The notes: generated by a model from the sequence alone, not told the origin. A DNA stretch of 64,000 nt from an uncultured Planctomycetaceae bacterium (GCA_963815195.1 CAWFGE010000018.1:32001-96000); one strand, 5' to 3'. Counted from the stretch's first letter, positions 32,635-44,107 are shown. Numbers and translations: made by a program.

Positions 32635-34656
32635 ATGATGGGGCGGTTATTGGCGGTTGTTTGCGTTGTGGTGGTTTCGGGGGATCGGCTTCGGGCGGAC
32701 GATGAAAAAGACGATCCGCAGCGGCCGCCCGCGGTGCAGACCGAAAACGTGCCGGCCGTTCCGAAAGAACTCCTGGAGCGGTTGCGGCAGTATCAAAACA
32801 TGCGGTCGGCGGAGTTTCGCGGCTGGTCGCCCGACGGCCGGGGTATTCTGATCCGCACGCGGTTCGGGGACACGTCGCAATTGCACCGCGTGTACGAACC
32901 GGGCGGCCGGCGCGAGCAGGTCACGTTCTTCGAGGAGCCCGCCGACGGCGAATTTCTGAACAAAGCCGCCGACGGCACGCTGCTCTTGTCCATGAGCTCG
33001 GGCGGGAACGAGAATTATCAGGTGTATTCGCTCGACCGCCGGTCGGGGCGGGCATTGATGCTCACCGACGGCAAGTCGCGGAACCTGCTCCAAGCCGTGC
33101 ATCCCGACGGCAACCGCATCGCCGTCGCGAGCAACCTCCGCAACGGGAAAGACACCGACCTCTACATCGCCAACCCCCGAAGGGCCGGCTCGCTCAAATG
33201 CATCCTGGAAACGAAGGACGAGTTCTGGTCCGTGTCCGATTGGTCGAGCGACGACTTCACGCTGCTCGTCAACCGCTATGTCTCGATCAACGAAACCTAT
33301 CCCGCCCTGTTGGACATCGTCAGTGGCGAGAAGCGGGCGATCCCGATCCCCGGCGACAAACAAGCCGCGTTCGGGGCGATGAAGTTCTCGCCCGACGGCA
33401 AACTCGCCTACGTCTCCAGCGACGCCAACGGCGAGTTCCGGCAGCTCGCGGTGATCGAGCTTCAAACCTTCCGCTACCAATGGCTCACCGCCGACATCCC
33501 CTGGGATGTGGACGAAATCGAAATCGGCCCGGAGATCGGCGGCAAATACACCGTCGCATTTACCGTGAACGAAAACGGCGCGAGCCGCCTGTATCTGCTG
33601 TTCGTCGGCCGCAATGAAAAGACCGGGGCGATGATGTTTTACCGGGCGATCGAAAAGGCCAGCCTGCCTTTGGGTATTGTCGATTCGCTCAACTTCTCGC
33701 CCGACGGCGGGCAGTTGGGGTTCACGCTGTCCCGGCCCGATGCGCCTGCGGATGCATATTCGATCCGGTTGGATTTCTACGACGGCCCGCGGCCGGAAGG
33801 CGCAAAGCCGGATGCGCCCAAGCTCACCCGCTGGACCTACAGCGAGACCGGCGGTTTGAGCCCCGAGCAGTTCCTCGCCCCGGAGCGGATCGAGTTTGCT
33901 TCGTTCGACGGCCGAAAGATCCCCGCGTATTATTTCAAGCCGCCCGCCTCGTCCGGGGACCGGCCGGTGCCCGTGGTCGTCAGCATCCACGGCGGACCGG
34001 AAAGCCAATACCGCCCCTACTTCAGCAGCCTCGATCAGTTCTTTCTGAAGGAAATGGGCTATGCGGTGATCCGCCCCAACGTCCGCGGCTCGGCGGGGTA
34101 TGGGAAATCTTATTTGCTTCTGGACAACGCCGAGAAGCGCGAGGACAGCGTGAAGGACATCGGGGGCCTGTTGGATTGGATCGCCAGGCAGCCCGAACTC
34201 GACAAAGACCGCGTGGCGGTGATGGGCGGCTCGTACGGCGGATACATGGTGCTCGGGTCTCTGGTGAACTTCAGCGGCCGGCTGAAGGCGGGGATCGACA
34301 TTGTGGGGATTGCGAGCTTCACGACGTTCCTCAAAAACACGAGCGAATACCGCCGGGATCTCCGCCGGGCCGAATACGGCGATGAGCGCGATCCCAAGAT
34401 GCAGGCCGTGTTCGACAAGATCAACCCCGCGAACAATGCCGAGAAGATCAAGTCCGCCCTGATGGTGGCCCACGGCCGGAACGACCCCCGCGTGCCGTTT
34501 TCCGAAGCCGTGCAAATTGTGGAGAACGTCCGCAAGAACGGCAAACCCGTCTGGACGGTCTACGCCGACAACGAAGGCCACGGCTTCGCCAAGAAAGCCA
34601 ACCGCGATTACCTTTACGCCGCGATGGCGCTGTTCCTAGAGCAGCAGTTCAAGTGA
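32635..34656 (+). CDS. S9 family peptidase (prolyl oligopeptidase/acylaminoacyl peptidase), secreted
   Basis: Beta-propeller SPDG repeats, IHGGP, GGSYGG nucleophile, NDPRV, EGHGF. Confidence 0.95.
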   Translation: MMGRLLAVVCVVVVSGDRLRADDEKDDPQRPPAVQTENVPAVPKELLERLRQYQNMRSAEFRGWSPDGRGILIRTRFGDTSQLHRVYEPGGRREQVTFFEEPADGEFLNKAADGTLLLSMSSGGNENYQVYSLDRRSGRALMLTDGKSRNLLQAVHPDGNRIAVASNLRNGKDTDLYIANPRRAGSLKCILETKDEFWSVSDWSSDDFTLLVNRYVSINETYPALLDIVSGEKRAIPIPGDKQAAFGAMKFSPDGKLAYVSSDANGEFRQLAVIELQTFRYQWLTADIPWDVDEIEIGPEIGGKYTVAFTVNENGASRLYLLFVGRNEKTGAMMFYRAIEKASLPLGIVDSLNFSPDGGQLGFTLSRPDAPADAYSIRLDFYDGPRPEGAKPDAPKLTRWTYSETGGLSPEQFLAPERIEFASFDGRKIPAYYFKPPASSGDRPVPVVVSIHGGPESQYRPYFSSLDQFFLKEMGYAVIRPNVRGSAGYGKSYLLLDNAEKREDSVKDIGGLLDWIARQPELDKDRVAVMGGSYGGYMVLGSLVNFSGRLKAGIDIVGIASFTTFLKNTSEYRRDLRRAEYGDERDPKMQAVFDKINPANNAEKIKSALMVAHGRNDPRVPFSEAVQIVENVRKNGKPVWTVYADNEGHGFAKKANRDYLYAAMALFLEQQFK

Positions 34657-34740
34657 CGGGCGGAAAACGATTGTTCGTCGATTGATCGAAATGTTACCAT
34701 AGCGGATGGACGAACATTCAACTTTCAGGGAGTTGACCCG

Positions 34741-35302
34741 ATGAGCACGATCGCCCGATTCACAGTGGAGGAATACGACCGCATGATCGCATGCGGCGCA
34801 GTTCGATCCGCGCCGCGAGCGCCGCATCGAACTGATTCGAGGAGAACTTCGCGAAATGAATCCCCCCGGCCCCATGCACGAAGATTTGATCGATTGGCTG
34901 GCACGATGGAGCATGGAAAACACCAAAAAGGACGAGGTCCGGGTGCGGGTGCAGAATTCGATTGGGTTGCCGGACACCTACAGCGCCCCGCAGCCGGACA
35001 TTGCCTGGGTCAAACCCCAGAATTACCGCGACGCTCGACCGCTGGTCGCGGATGTGCTGTTGGTCATCGAAATCTCGAATAGCAGCCTCGATTACGATCA
35101 GCACGACAAAGCTCGCCTCTATGCCGAAGCCGGGATCAAGGATTATTGGATCGTCAATGTTCCGTTTTGGTGCGTGGACGTTTATCGCGAGCCGCAGGGT
35201 GAAACGTTTCAGTCTATGACGCGGTATGACCAGACAGCCGATGTTTCGCCGCTGGCCTTTCCTGAAGTAGGGCTCTCGGTGCGGGAACTGTTTCACGTGT
35301 GA
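34741..35302 (+). CDS. Uma2 family (DUF820) PD-(D/E)xK endonuclease-like protein (frameshift near 34800)
   Basis: RFTVEEYDRM, PQPD, LVIEISNSSLDYD..KARLYAEAGIKDYWIVN. Confidence 0.9.
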
Positions 35303-35352
35303 ATGGTTCCGGAGAATCCCCGCGGCATTTCCCTTTCCTTGGAGAAGCAATC

Positions 35353-36302
35353 ATGTCAGGACGTCGGAATCTGTTGGTGATGTTGGCGGCGATTCTTTTG
35401 CCGGCCGGAATGGCCCAGGCCCAGAATGGGGTATTGTTGCGGTATAAGTTTTCCAAGGAGGAGCCCGCCGTGTTTCGCACGACGACCGAAATGAACCAGA
35501 CCATGCAGGTCGCGGGGCAATCGTTCGAGCAAAAGGTCACCCAAACCGAAGTGAACTCGATCTCCCTGGCCGAGTTGACCAAGGAAGACAATCTCAAGCT
35601 CCGCTACGCGAACAAGCGGCTGTCCGCGAAAGCCGACATGGGCCCGGCCGGCACTTACGCGTTCGATTCGGAATCGAGCGAGCGCAAAAAGGGACCGCGC
35701 TGAGCAATGCCCTCAATCCGGTGTATCAAACCTTGAGCGGCGTCGAGTATTTCGTCACCATCACGCCCCGCGGTAAGGTCGAAGCGCTCGAAGGCTACAA
35801 GGAAGTCCTGGAGAACCTGACCAAGGACAATCCCATCGCGGCCAAGTTCACGGGCGGCGGCAGCGAGAACGCCCAAAAAGAAAGCCTCGCCGAAATCTTC
35901 TTCGTGCTCGCCGAGAAGCCCGTCCAACCCGGCGACACCTGGGAAGAGCCGATCGAAATGGACTTCCCCCAAATCGGCAAGGCCAAGGGCAAACGCGTCT
36001 ATAAATTCGAAGGCCCCGCGAAAAAAGACGACGACAAAATCGTGAAGATTTCCATGAGCTTGGAGATGTCCTTCGATTTCGACCTTAAGACCGAAGCGGC
36101 CAAAGTCACCGGCAACATCGGCACCGACTCCTCGAAGGGCGAGATCCGCTTCGACACCGAGACAGGCCAGGTCGTCTCGGCGAACCTCGAATACATGCTG
36201 TCCGGGAACATCAACACCGTCATCGGCGATCGGATTTTGAAAACCACAATCAAACAAAAACAAACCCGCACCACCACCCGCCTCACGGACTTGCCCAAAT
36301 AA
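35353..36302 (+). CDS. Secreted hypothetical protein (DUF6263-like; frameshift near 35695)
   Basis: Signal peptide AQA, LRYKF, VQPGDTW and FDTETG motifs, split over ORFs 35299..35703 and 35721..36302. Confidence 0.6.
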
Positions 36303-36335
36303 CGGCGGTCGAAAACCAACTCCGCCGGCAACGGG

Positions 36336-36492
36336 TTTAACGCAAAGGCGCAAAGAGGAGACGCAAAGGAAAATACGCCTCAGCTTCACCCCGGGCAGGC
36401 TGAACCGAAAACCGCTCCATTTCCGCAAAGCCTTTCTTGCAGACGAACAAATCTTTGCGCTCTTGGCGTCTTTTCTTTGCGTCTCTGCGTTC
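36336..36492. repeat. AACGCAAAG/GACGCAAAG repeats with inverted CTTTGCG partners
   Basis: aacgcaaaggcgcaaagaggagacgcaaag ... ctttgcgctcttggcgtc...ctttgcgtctctgcgtt. Confidence 0.7.
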
Positions 36493-36616
36493 AACGCTCT
36501 TTTCTTGCGTTGGGGTCATTCGGGGGAGGCGGATTGTCAGAGGCTGGGGGCTGCGATACAGTTTTGAGAAGCGTCTGCCCGTTTTTGCAGCCTATTGATG
36601 AAGGAGCCGGCCGCCG

Positions 36617-37318
36617 ATGTTGGGGCAAGTCAATCCCACTCCGTTCGATCTCTATTTTCCGCTATTCGGGATCCAAGTGCGAGTCACGCCCTGGTTCTGG
36701 CTCGCGGGAGTGCTCACCGGCTATTCGCTACTGCGGGATGCGCATTACGATCTGCTGTTGGTGTGGATCGCCTGCCTGTTTGTGTCGATCCTCATTCATG
36801 AACTAGGCCATGCCATCGCGGGGCGGTGTTTCGGCTGGCCCTCGGACGTGATTCTCTACCACTTCGGCGGCGTGACGCGGTTTGCCCATCAGGCCAGCTT
36901 TTCGACTGGGCGTTCGGTCGTCGTCTCCTTCGCCGGCCCCTGGGCCGGGTTTCTGCTGTATGGGGTCGTCATTGGCCTCGAATACCTGCTGTTTCATGAG
37001 GGGATGCCGTTCGAGTCCACACAGGCGAACCGGTACGCGCTGTTCGCCATCCTGCAGTTGAAGTGGGTCAACCTGTATTGGGGACTTATCAATCTGCTCC
37101 CCGTGCTGCCTTTGGACGGCGGGCATATTTCGGAAAGCATGCTCGAACGCTACCGCCCGCGGGATCGCGCGCTGTGGTGCCTCAGGATCAGCACGGCGGT
37201 GGGGGCAATGGCGGCGGCGGGTTTCTTCCTGACCGGCTACCGCTACGCCGGGATCTTGTTCGCGCTCTTGGCCGTGGACAATTTCCAACGCCTCGAACAA
37301 CACCGCGGCGGTTGGTGA
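36617..37318 (+). CDS. Site-2 protease (M50 metalloprotease)
   Basis: HELGH zinc motif, AGP, NLLPVLPLDGG. Confidence 0.93.
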   Translation: MLGQVNPTPFDLYFPLFGIQVRVTPWFWLAGVLTGYSLLRDAHYDLLLVWIACLFVSILIHELGHAIAGRCFGWPSDVILYHFGGVTRFAHQASFSTGRSVVVSFAGPWAGFLLYGVVIGLEYLLFHEGMPFESTQANRYALFAILQLKWVNLYWGLINLLPVLPLDGGHISESMLERYRPRDRALWCLRISTAVGAMAAAGFFLTGYRYAGILFALLAVDNFQRLEQHRGGW

Positions 37319-37409
37319 CCACTGCGGTTTCCGATACAGTGGAGAGGAAACGCCGGTCGAAGTGTTCGCCGGCGGGACAGGCCTCTCCTCATTTCGCCGA
37401 AAACCTTCC

Positions 37410-38354
37410 ATGCCGACGTTTGCCGAGATTCAGGGCGCCCACGAGCGGATTCGTCCCCACATTCATCGGACGCCGGTGTTTTCGTCCGCGTTCCTCAGCG
37501 GCGAGTTGGGCGCGGAGGTCGTGTTCAAGTGCGAGAACCTGCAGAAGGCGGGGGCATTCAAATCCCGCGGGGCGTGTAATGCCGTGTTTTCATTGAGCGA
37601 GGAGGAAGCCGGGCGGGGAGTGATTACGCATTCCTCGGGCAATCACGCCGCGGCCCTCGCGCGGGCGGCGGGACTTCGCGGCATCGCGGCCTACATCGTG
37701 ATGCCCAAAAACGCCCCCGCGGTGAAGGTCGCCGCGGTCCGGCATTACGGCGGGCAGATCACGTTCTGCGAACCGACGCAAGCCGACCGGGAAGCGACCG
37801 CCGAGCGGATTCGGCAAGAAACCGGCGCCCAGATGGTGCACCCTTACAATGATGAGCGGATCATCGCCGGCCAGGGCACGGCCGCGGTGGAGTTGTTGGA
37901 GGACCGGCCCGATTTGGATGTGATCCTCGCACCCGTGGGCGGCGGCGGCTTGCTTTCCGGAACCGCGATCGCCGCCAAATCGATCCAGCCCGCGATTCAA
38001 GTCTTCGGCGGCGAACCGGAACGATTGAACGACGCCTGGCAAAGTTTGCAGACCGGGCGGATCGAACCGGCGACCGGAGCTGAGAGTCTGGCGGATGGCC
38101 TCAAAACCAGCCTGGGCACGTTGACGTTTCCCATCCTCCGCGAATGGGTCGATGGGATTCTGCTCACGGACGAAAGGACGATCATCGAAGCCATGCGGTG
38201 GGTGTTCGAGCGAATGAAACTGGTTGTCGAACCGTCCGCCGTGGCGCCGCTCGCGGCGCTCTTTCTCGCCCGCAGCGAGTTCGCCGGGCGGAAGGTGGGC
38301 GTGATTTTATCGGGCGGCAATGTCGATCTGGCTCATCTTCCTTTTGCCGAGTGA
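37410..38354 (+). CDS. PLP-dependent serine racemase/threonine dehydratase family enzyme
   Basis: KCENLQKAGAFKSRGA, SSGNHA, GQGT, PVGGGGL, SGGN. No ACT domain. Confidence 0.92.
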   Translation: MPTFAEIQGAHERIRPHIHRTPVFSSAFLSGELGAEVVFKCENLQKAGAFKSRGACNAVFSLSEEEAGRGVITHSSGNHAAALARAAGLRGIAAYIVMPKNAPAVKVAAVRHYGGQITFCEPTQADREATAERIRQETGAQMVHPYNDERIIAGQGTAAVELLEDRPDLDVILAPVGGGGLLSGTAIAAKSIQPAIQVFGGEPERLNDAWQSLQTGRIEPATGAESLADGLKTSLGTLTFPILREWVDGILLTDERTIIEAMRWVFERMKLVVEPSAVAPLAALFLARSEFAGRKVGVILSGGNVDLAHLPFAE

Positions 38355-38366
38355 GCGAGCCTGCCC

Positions 38367-39382
38367 GTGACCGATTCGCTGCTCGCTGAACTGGATGCAC
38401 TCATTCGCCGGGACCCGGCGATGCGGGGCTTGATTTCCTCCGAGGCGAAGTTCGGCCCCGTCTGCAAAGGCCATTTCGCGGCCGCCGCGAGAAGCCTGGC
38501 GGAACCGGACCTCAAAGTGGCGATCGTCACCGGTTTTTATGTGCCAAAAGCCAACCCGCCCGCCGCCGAAACCGACGGCCCGCCCGGTGCGGTTCGTCTG
38601 GCTCTCGCGTTGGAAGCGATCGGGCATCAGGTGCTGTTGGTTACCGATGCCTGGTGCGCCCCGCGCTCCGAGTCGCGGCCGAGGTCATGGGCTTTCCTTC
38701 CGAAAAGGTTCTCACGTTTCCCGGCGATGCGGAAGCGGATTCTTGGATGGAAGCCTTCTTCACGAACGGATTCGGCCGCCGGTTGTCTCATCTGATCGCG
38801 ATTGAGCGCGTGGGACCGAGCCATACGGTGGAATCGTTAAGAAAGCAAACTGACGATTCCGCCATCATCGAAGCCTTTCTCGCGGAGGTGCCGCCGGAAT
38901 CTCGCGGACATTGCCACAACATGCGCGGGGAAATTCTGGATGAGTGGACCGGCGGCGTGCATCGGCTGTTCGATTGGGTGGAGACACATTGCCCCGGCGT
39001 TCGGACGATTGGCATCGCCGACGGGGGCAACGAGATCGGCATGGGCTGCCTGCGGTGGGATGACATCGCCCGGCGGCTGTTGGGACCGCACGCCGCCCGC
39101 ATTCCCTGCCGAGTTGCCACAACGTGGAACATCATCGCGGGCATCAGCAACTGGGGCGGCTATGCCCTCGCCGCGGGCGTGATGACTCTCCGCGATCAGA
39201 CCGACGTCATCGCCCCTTGGACCAGTGAGCGGGAACAGCAAGTCTTAGAACACCTCGTCACCCAAGGTCCGGCCGTGGATGGCGTGACCCGCCTTCCCGA
39301 ACCCACCGTCGATGGCTTACCGTTCCTCACGTACATCCAAACCTGGTCCGCCATCCGCCGCCGCCTGGGCTATGAAGATTGA
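38367..39382 (+). CDS. DUF4392 / D-glutamate cyclase domain protein (frameshift near 38665)
   Basis: IVTGF..ETDGPPGA, IAIERVGP, HNMRG, GIADGGNEIGMG, AGISNWGGY. Confidence 0.85.
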
Positions 39383-39387
39383 ACCCC

Positions 39388-39702
39388 CTACAATGGCACA
39401 TAAACCACTTCAAATTCGGGACCAAGTTCCAAACGCACCAAAGTTAAAACCTTCGATGCAGCCTCCTCAAATTGCTCGTTCTCGGCCGACGTCCAAGGAC
39501 TGGGATCAGGAGGATATTCTTGGTTGAGTTTGCTGTCGTGCCACTCGGATAATCTGGCCAGTTGCTCGCGGGTGCTTGGCGATAATGGGAGCGAATCCTC
39601 GCACGGCCCAACGTTATATTGAGAGCGAGCGGCATCATTCCCACACCACAGGCAGCCACCGCCCCATTCGAACATCAATCGCACAACGTACCTTGCCGCC
39701 AT
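39388..39702 (-). CDS. Hypothetical protein
   Basis: 104-aa ORF (RLMFEWGGGCLW...LPLS...W...F) directly downstream of glnA, with lower GC. Confidence 0.65.
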   Translation of the reverse strand: MAARYVVRLMFEWGGGCLWCGNDAARSQYNVGPCEDSLPLSPSTREQLARLSEWHDSKLNQEYPPDPSPWTSAENEQFEEAASKVLTLVRLELGPEFEVVYVPL

Positions 39703-39735
39703 CGCCTTTCCCTTTGCCCCTTTGCTCCTTCAAAT

Positions 39736-41145
39736 TCAAATATCATAATACATCGAAAACTCAAACGGATGCGGCCGTTCTCTGAGGGCGGCGACTTCGT
39801 GGGTGGTCTTGTACCAGATCCAGGTGTCGATCACATCTTCGGTAAAGACATCTCCGCGGGTGAGGAACTCGTGGTCCTTGCGGAGGGCGTTGAGGGACTC
39901 TTCCAAGGTGACCGGCGTTTTGGGGACGGTTTCCATTTCTTCGGGGTCGAGATCGTAAATGTCCTTGTCCAACGGCGAGCCGGGGTCGATGCGGTTTTGG
40001 ATGCCGTCGAGCGCGGCCATCAGCACGGCGGACATCGCCAGGTACGGGTTCGACGAAGAATCGGGGCAGCGAAACTCGAAGCGTTTGCTGTCGGGCGTCG
40101 GCGTGTGGACGGGAATCCGAATCGCCGCCGAGCGGTTGCGGTAGCTGTAGGTCAAATTGACCGGCGCCTCGAAGCCGGGGATCAGCCGCTTGTAGCTGTT
40201 GGTCGTCGGGCAGCAAAATGCAAGCACGGCCGAAGCGTGCTTCAAGATGCCGCCCATCGCGAACACGGCCATGTCGCTCAATCCCCCGTAGCCGCTGCCG
40301 GCGAACAAAGGCGTGCCCTTCTTCCACAGCGAGAAGTGCAGGTGCATGCCGGAGCCGTTGTCGTTCCAGATCGGCTTGGGCATGAAGGTCGCGGTCTTTC
40401 CGTGCCGGGCCGCGACGCATTTGACGACGTATTTATAGCGGAGCAGATGGTCGGCCACTTTCATCAACGGGCCGAACTTCATATCGATCTCGCATTGCCC
40501 GGCGGTGGCGACTTCGTGGTGCTGGGCTTCGACCTCGACGCCACATTCCATCAGCGTCAGCATCATCTCCGTGCGGAGGTCCTGAAGCGTATCCGTCGGC
40601 GGGACGGAGAGATAGCCTTCCTTGTTCCGCACACGATAGCCCGCCCGGCCGCGGCCGGCTTCGCCCCGCGTCCACACCCCTTCGATGCTGTCGATGTGAT
40701 AATAGGCCTCGTGCTGGTTCTCGTCGAACCGCACATCGTCGAACACAAAAAACTCCGCTTCCGGGCCGATCATCGCGGCATCGGCGAAGCCGGTGGACTT
40801 CATGTAGGCTTCTGCTTTTCGGGCAACATTGCGCGGATCTTTGGCATACTCCTCCCGCGTGATCGGATCGTGAATGTTGCAGGTGATCGCCAGGGTCTGC
40901 TGCATGAAGGGATCGACAATCGCCGTCTCCGGTTGCGGCAGGACGAGCATGTCGCTCTCGTTGATGGCCTGCCAGCCGCGCAGCGACGAGCCGTCGATCC
41001 CAAACCCTTCCTCGAAACTGCGTTCCGTCAACGCCTGCACCGGGATCGTAAAATGTTTCTGGGTGCCGGGGAAATCCATAAACCGCAAATCCACGGCCCG
41101 GATCTCCCGCGATCGGCACAGGGCGAGCACTTCCTTCGGCGTCAT
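39736..41145 (-). CDS. glnA: Glutamine synthetase type I
   Basis: DGSS, HHEVATAGQCEI, TFMPKP, GSGMH, NSYKRLIPGFEAP, NRSAAIRIP, DKDIYDL, PHPFEF. Confidence 0.97.
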   Translation of the reverse strand: MTPKEVLALCRSREIRAVDLRFMDFPGTQKHFTIPVQALTERSFEEGFGIDGSSLRGWQAINESDMLVLPQPETAIVDPFMQQTLAITCNIHDPITREEYAKDPRNVARKAEAYMKSTGFADAAMIGPEAEFFVFDDVRFDENQHEAYYHIDSIEGVWTRGEAGRGRAGYRVRNKEGYLSVPPTDTLQDLRTEMMLTLMECGVEVEAQHHEVATAGQCEIDMKFGPLMKVADHLLRYKYVVKCVAARHGKTATFMPKPIWNDNGSGMHLHFSLWKKGTPLFAGSGYGGLSDMAVFAMGGILKHASAVLAFCCPTTNSYKRLIPGFEAPVNLTYSYRNRSAAIRIPVHTPTPDSKRFEFRCPDSSSNPYLAMSAVLMAALDGIQNRIDPGSPLDKDIYDLDPEEMETVPKTPVTLEESLNALRKDHEFLTRGDVFTEDVIDTWIWYKTTHEVAALRERPHPFEFSMYYDI

Positions 41146-41338
41146 CGGAGTTTGGTTCCTGTCAATTGAGAGCTGTCCTTTGTACCGGCAGACCTGCCTC
41201 AAAAATGGGCAAGTCTCTCAGATTATACACCTGAGCAAAATCCGCACCAGAGTGGGAGATTTGTGAGTTGAGTGTTGTCGGCAAATCGTGTTATAAGCCA
41301 ACGCGAGATAACTCGATTTTCCAATCGCGGAGAAATTG

Positions 41339-41839
41339 ATGGCCAAGCAGAAAACCACAGGCAGGACGCAGTATTGGTTGTTCAAGTCGGAACCGACTTC
41401 GTATTCCATCGATGACCTGGCGAACGAGCCGACCAAGACCACGCATTGGGACGGGGTGCGGAATTATCAGGCGCGGAACATGCTGCGGGATGAGGTTCAG
41501 GTGGGCGACCGGGTGTTTTTCTATCACTCGAACGCCAAGCCGCCGGCGATCATGGGGACGGCGGAAGTGGTGCAGGCGGGTTATGCCGACCACACGCAGT
41601 TCGATCCGAACGATCATCATTACGACGAGAAAGCCGACCCGGACGATCCCACGTGGTTTATGGTGGACATCAAGTTTTTACAGAAGTTCCCAGAACCCGT
41701 GGACCGCGAGCAGCTTGGCGGGGACGAGGCGACCCAGAGCATGGGCGTGTTGGCCCGCGGGTCCCGGCTGTCCATTCAGCCGGTGACGGCAGCCGAATGG
41801 AAAGCCGTCCACAAGCTCGCGGGCGTCAAAGAGAAATGA
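41339..41839 (+). CDS. EVE domain protein
   Basis: YWLFKSEP, WDGVRNYQARN, FFYHS, RLSIQPV. Confidence 0.95.
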   Translation: MAKQKTTGRTQYWLFKSEPTSYSIDDLANEPTKTTHWDGVRNYQARNMLRDEVQVGDRVFFYHSNAKPPAIMGTAEVVQAGYADHTQFDPNDHHYDEKADPDDPTWFMVDIKFLQKFPEPVDREQLGGDEATQSMGVLARGSRLSIQPVTAAEWKAVHKLAGVKEK

Positions 41840-41936
41840 GGCGAGCGTGGGGCGTAGGCCCGGGCGTAGGCCCCATGATTTCATGGATTGTTCAAGAGCG
41901 TCCTTTTCGGGGATCGACGAACAAAGGCGCAAACCA

Positions 41937-41987
41937 ACCCAAGCGCTCGCGAGCGATCAGCCGGCTTACGCCGGCCGCTCGCCAAGA
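41937..41987. repeat. REP-like element, family C
   Basis: cccaagcgctcgcgagcgatcagccggcttacgccggccgctcgccaaga. A near-identical reverse complement lies at ~44108-44158. Confidence 0.8.
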
Positions 41988-42015
41988 ACCACAAGTCAAC
42001 AAGCCGGGTTCGGGT

Positions 42016-42651
42016 TTAATCCAACCCCGCGCCGAAGGGGTCTTCGTCGTCGTCGGTTTTGCTGGCGACGCTTTCCCAGTCGTGGCCGTTCTTGCGGGCG
42101 CTTGCGCGGTGGTGCGGCGTGCCCGGCTGGCCGGCCGGTTCGATGCGATGGCTCGTGTCCTTCGAGCTGCGGAAGACCATCGGCATCGCGGTGTCCGAGT
42201 AATCGTCCACCTCGTCCTGAAGAGCAGCGTAGTTGTCCTCGCCGTAGTCGTCGTAAGTGCAGACGTAATCCGGCTGCTGGGCGAGGACCAACTCCTCTTC
42301 AAAGGATTTGATCACATGCTCCTGGATCAACTCCCGGCATTCGGAATTGATCGGGTGGGCGATGTCGGCGTAGAGCTTGGCCCGGCCGTCGGTGTCCTTG
42401 ATGGCCCGCTCATCGTCCAGCTTGGCTCCGCACTGGTTGCAGTGCAGGGCCCGCAAGTGGTTTTTGCACTGGCACTTGGGGCAGCGGTCTGTGAGCTTGC
42501 GGCTGGGCATGGCCACGAACGGCCCCTTCGCGCCCTGGATGATTTTCAGGTCGCGGATGACGAAACAGCCATCGAAGGTGATCGAACAAAAGGCCTGAAG
42601 CCGATCATGGGGATCATCCATGAGCTTGATCCGAACTTCGGTGATTTCCAC
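42016..42651 (-). CDS. spoVG: SpoVG family protein with zinc-ribbon-like insertion and acidic tail
   Basis: GTG start; [35 protein letters not shown]-[CPKC..CNQC]-YADIAHPIN. Confidence 0.9.
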   Translation of the reverse strand: MEITEVRIKLMDDPHDRLQAFCSITFDGCFVIRDLKIIQGAKGPFVAMPSRKLTDRCPKCQCKNHLRALHCNQCGAKLDDERAIKDTDGRAKLYADIAHPINSECRELIQEHVIKSFEEELVLAQQPDYVCTYDDYGEDNYAALQDEVDDYSDTAMPMVFRSSKDTSHRIEPAGQPGTPHHRASARKNGHDWESVASKTDDDEDPFGAGLD

Positions 42652-42677
42652 GGCCGTCCTCCTTCTCGGTGCAGCGT

Positions 42678-43625
42678 TTAGAATTGACTCCGTGCCACGA
42701 CGACGCGTCCGATGCGCCGGGATGACAACCGGGCGGCGACTGTTTCGGCGTGCCGGCGCTGGCCGCACACTCCGAAATAGGCGGTTCCGCTTCCGCTCAT
42801 CATGTGGCCTAAAACAGGCTCTTTCGAGAATACTTCCCGCAGCCGCGGAATGTCCGCGTTGAGCTGTTCCGCGGGTCGCTGTAACGCATTAAACAAGGTT
42901 TGGCCCAGAAGGGCCGAGGGCCCGCGGGAAAGTTCCTGGATCAAAGGCATCGCCGACCGGCAGGCACCGGCGGATCGCCAACGGCGAAAGACTTCGGGAG
43001 TGGACAGCCCGCTCTCGGGTTTGACCACCACGAAATAGAGCCCCAAGGGCAATGCCAACGGTTCGATGATTTCTCCGCGGCCCCGGCACAATGCCGCCCG
43101 CGCTGGACTGAGGAAAAACGGCACATCGCTGCCCAGTTTCGCCGCGAGGGACGAGAGCTCCTCAGGTGTGAGATTCAATTTCCACAGACGGTTGAGGCCG
43201 GCCAACGCGGCGGCGGCATCGCTGGATCCGCCCGCCAAGCCGGCCTCGGCCGGGATCCGTTTCCACAATTCGATTTCCGCCCCGCCCTCGAATCCCGTGT
43301 GCTGTTTGAGTAGCAAAGCCGCTTTGACGACCAAGTTTTCCGGGCCCGCGGGAATCGCGGACTTCTTTTCCGCATCGCCCGTCTGAGCCTGGGGGGAATT
43401 CACAGAAAACACACGCAATTTGATGGCGGAGTCGGTTGCTTTTGCGTCGGCATTCGGGATACTGCTGAGCCGGAGCGTGTCATAAATCCCGATCATCACC
43501 ATCACGGTTTCCAGTTCGTGGAATCCGTCGGGGCGTTTGTTCAGAACCTCCAAAAACAAATTGAGTTTCGCTGGAGTGTGAACGACAAGAGATGATTGAT
43601 CCCATCGAACGAGCATCGGCTTCAC
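42678..43625 (-). CDS. ispE: 4-diphosphocytidyl-2-C-methyl-D-erythritol kinase
   Basis: [48 protein letters not shown]. Confidence 0.95.
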   Translation of the reverse strand: MKPMLVRWDQSSLVVHTPAKLNLFLEVLNKRPDGFHELETVMVMIGIYDTLRLSSIPNADAKATDSAIKLRVFSVNSPQAQTGDAEKKSAIPAGPENLVVKAALLLKQHTGFEGGAEIELWKRIPAEAGLAGGSSDAAAALAGLNRLWKLNLTPEELSSLAAKLGSDVPFFLSPARAALCRGRGEIIEPLALPLGLYFVVVKPESGLSTPEVFRRWRSAGACRSAMPLIQELSRGPSALLGQTLFNALQRPAEQLNADIPRLREVFSKEPVLGHMMSGSGTAYFGVCGQRRHAETVAARLSSRRIGRVVVARSQF

Positions 43626-43994
43626 ATCCTGTGAACCAGTGCGACCCGATTCGTCAAAAATGGAGTTGAGAACTCAACTCGGGAAAACAACGACCGGAAC
43701 CGAAAGCCGGCCAATTCCCGCGCATACTTTCGGCTATACCGATCATTCGTATCTAGTCATGGATGCTAGCGGGATCGGCGAAACGCGTCAAGATGAGTCT
43801 GGCAGATTTGTTGTTTGCTGGTGCACTGGGATCTCGACTGTGGCGATTCCACAGAATCGTGGTTCACAATCATTGTTTTGTCAAAGGCACCAAATTCCGC
43901 AACGCGGGGGAATGCGCCGGCATCTGCGCAAAAGCCGACGCGCCCCTGGCCCTAAGCATTTCGGCGTTTTACCTAGCTTGACTGGGGCTTTGTC

Positions 43995-44003
43995 TGCTAT
44001 AGT
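43995..44003 (+). promoter_or_regulatory. Possible extended -10 promoter (TGcTATAGT) upstream of the rpsA leader
   Basis: TGn + TATAGT. A TTGACT at 43978 is only 14 bp away. Confidence 0.35.
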
Positions 44004-44107
44004 CCCGTAATTCCCCTCTTTGATTTCTGAGCCGATCGCGTGGATTGGTCCAATACGGGGGACCGGTCTTTTTTAGCGTTCGAATTTGGTTGTGCGGCCA
44101 AGGGCGA

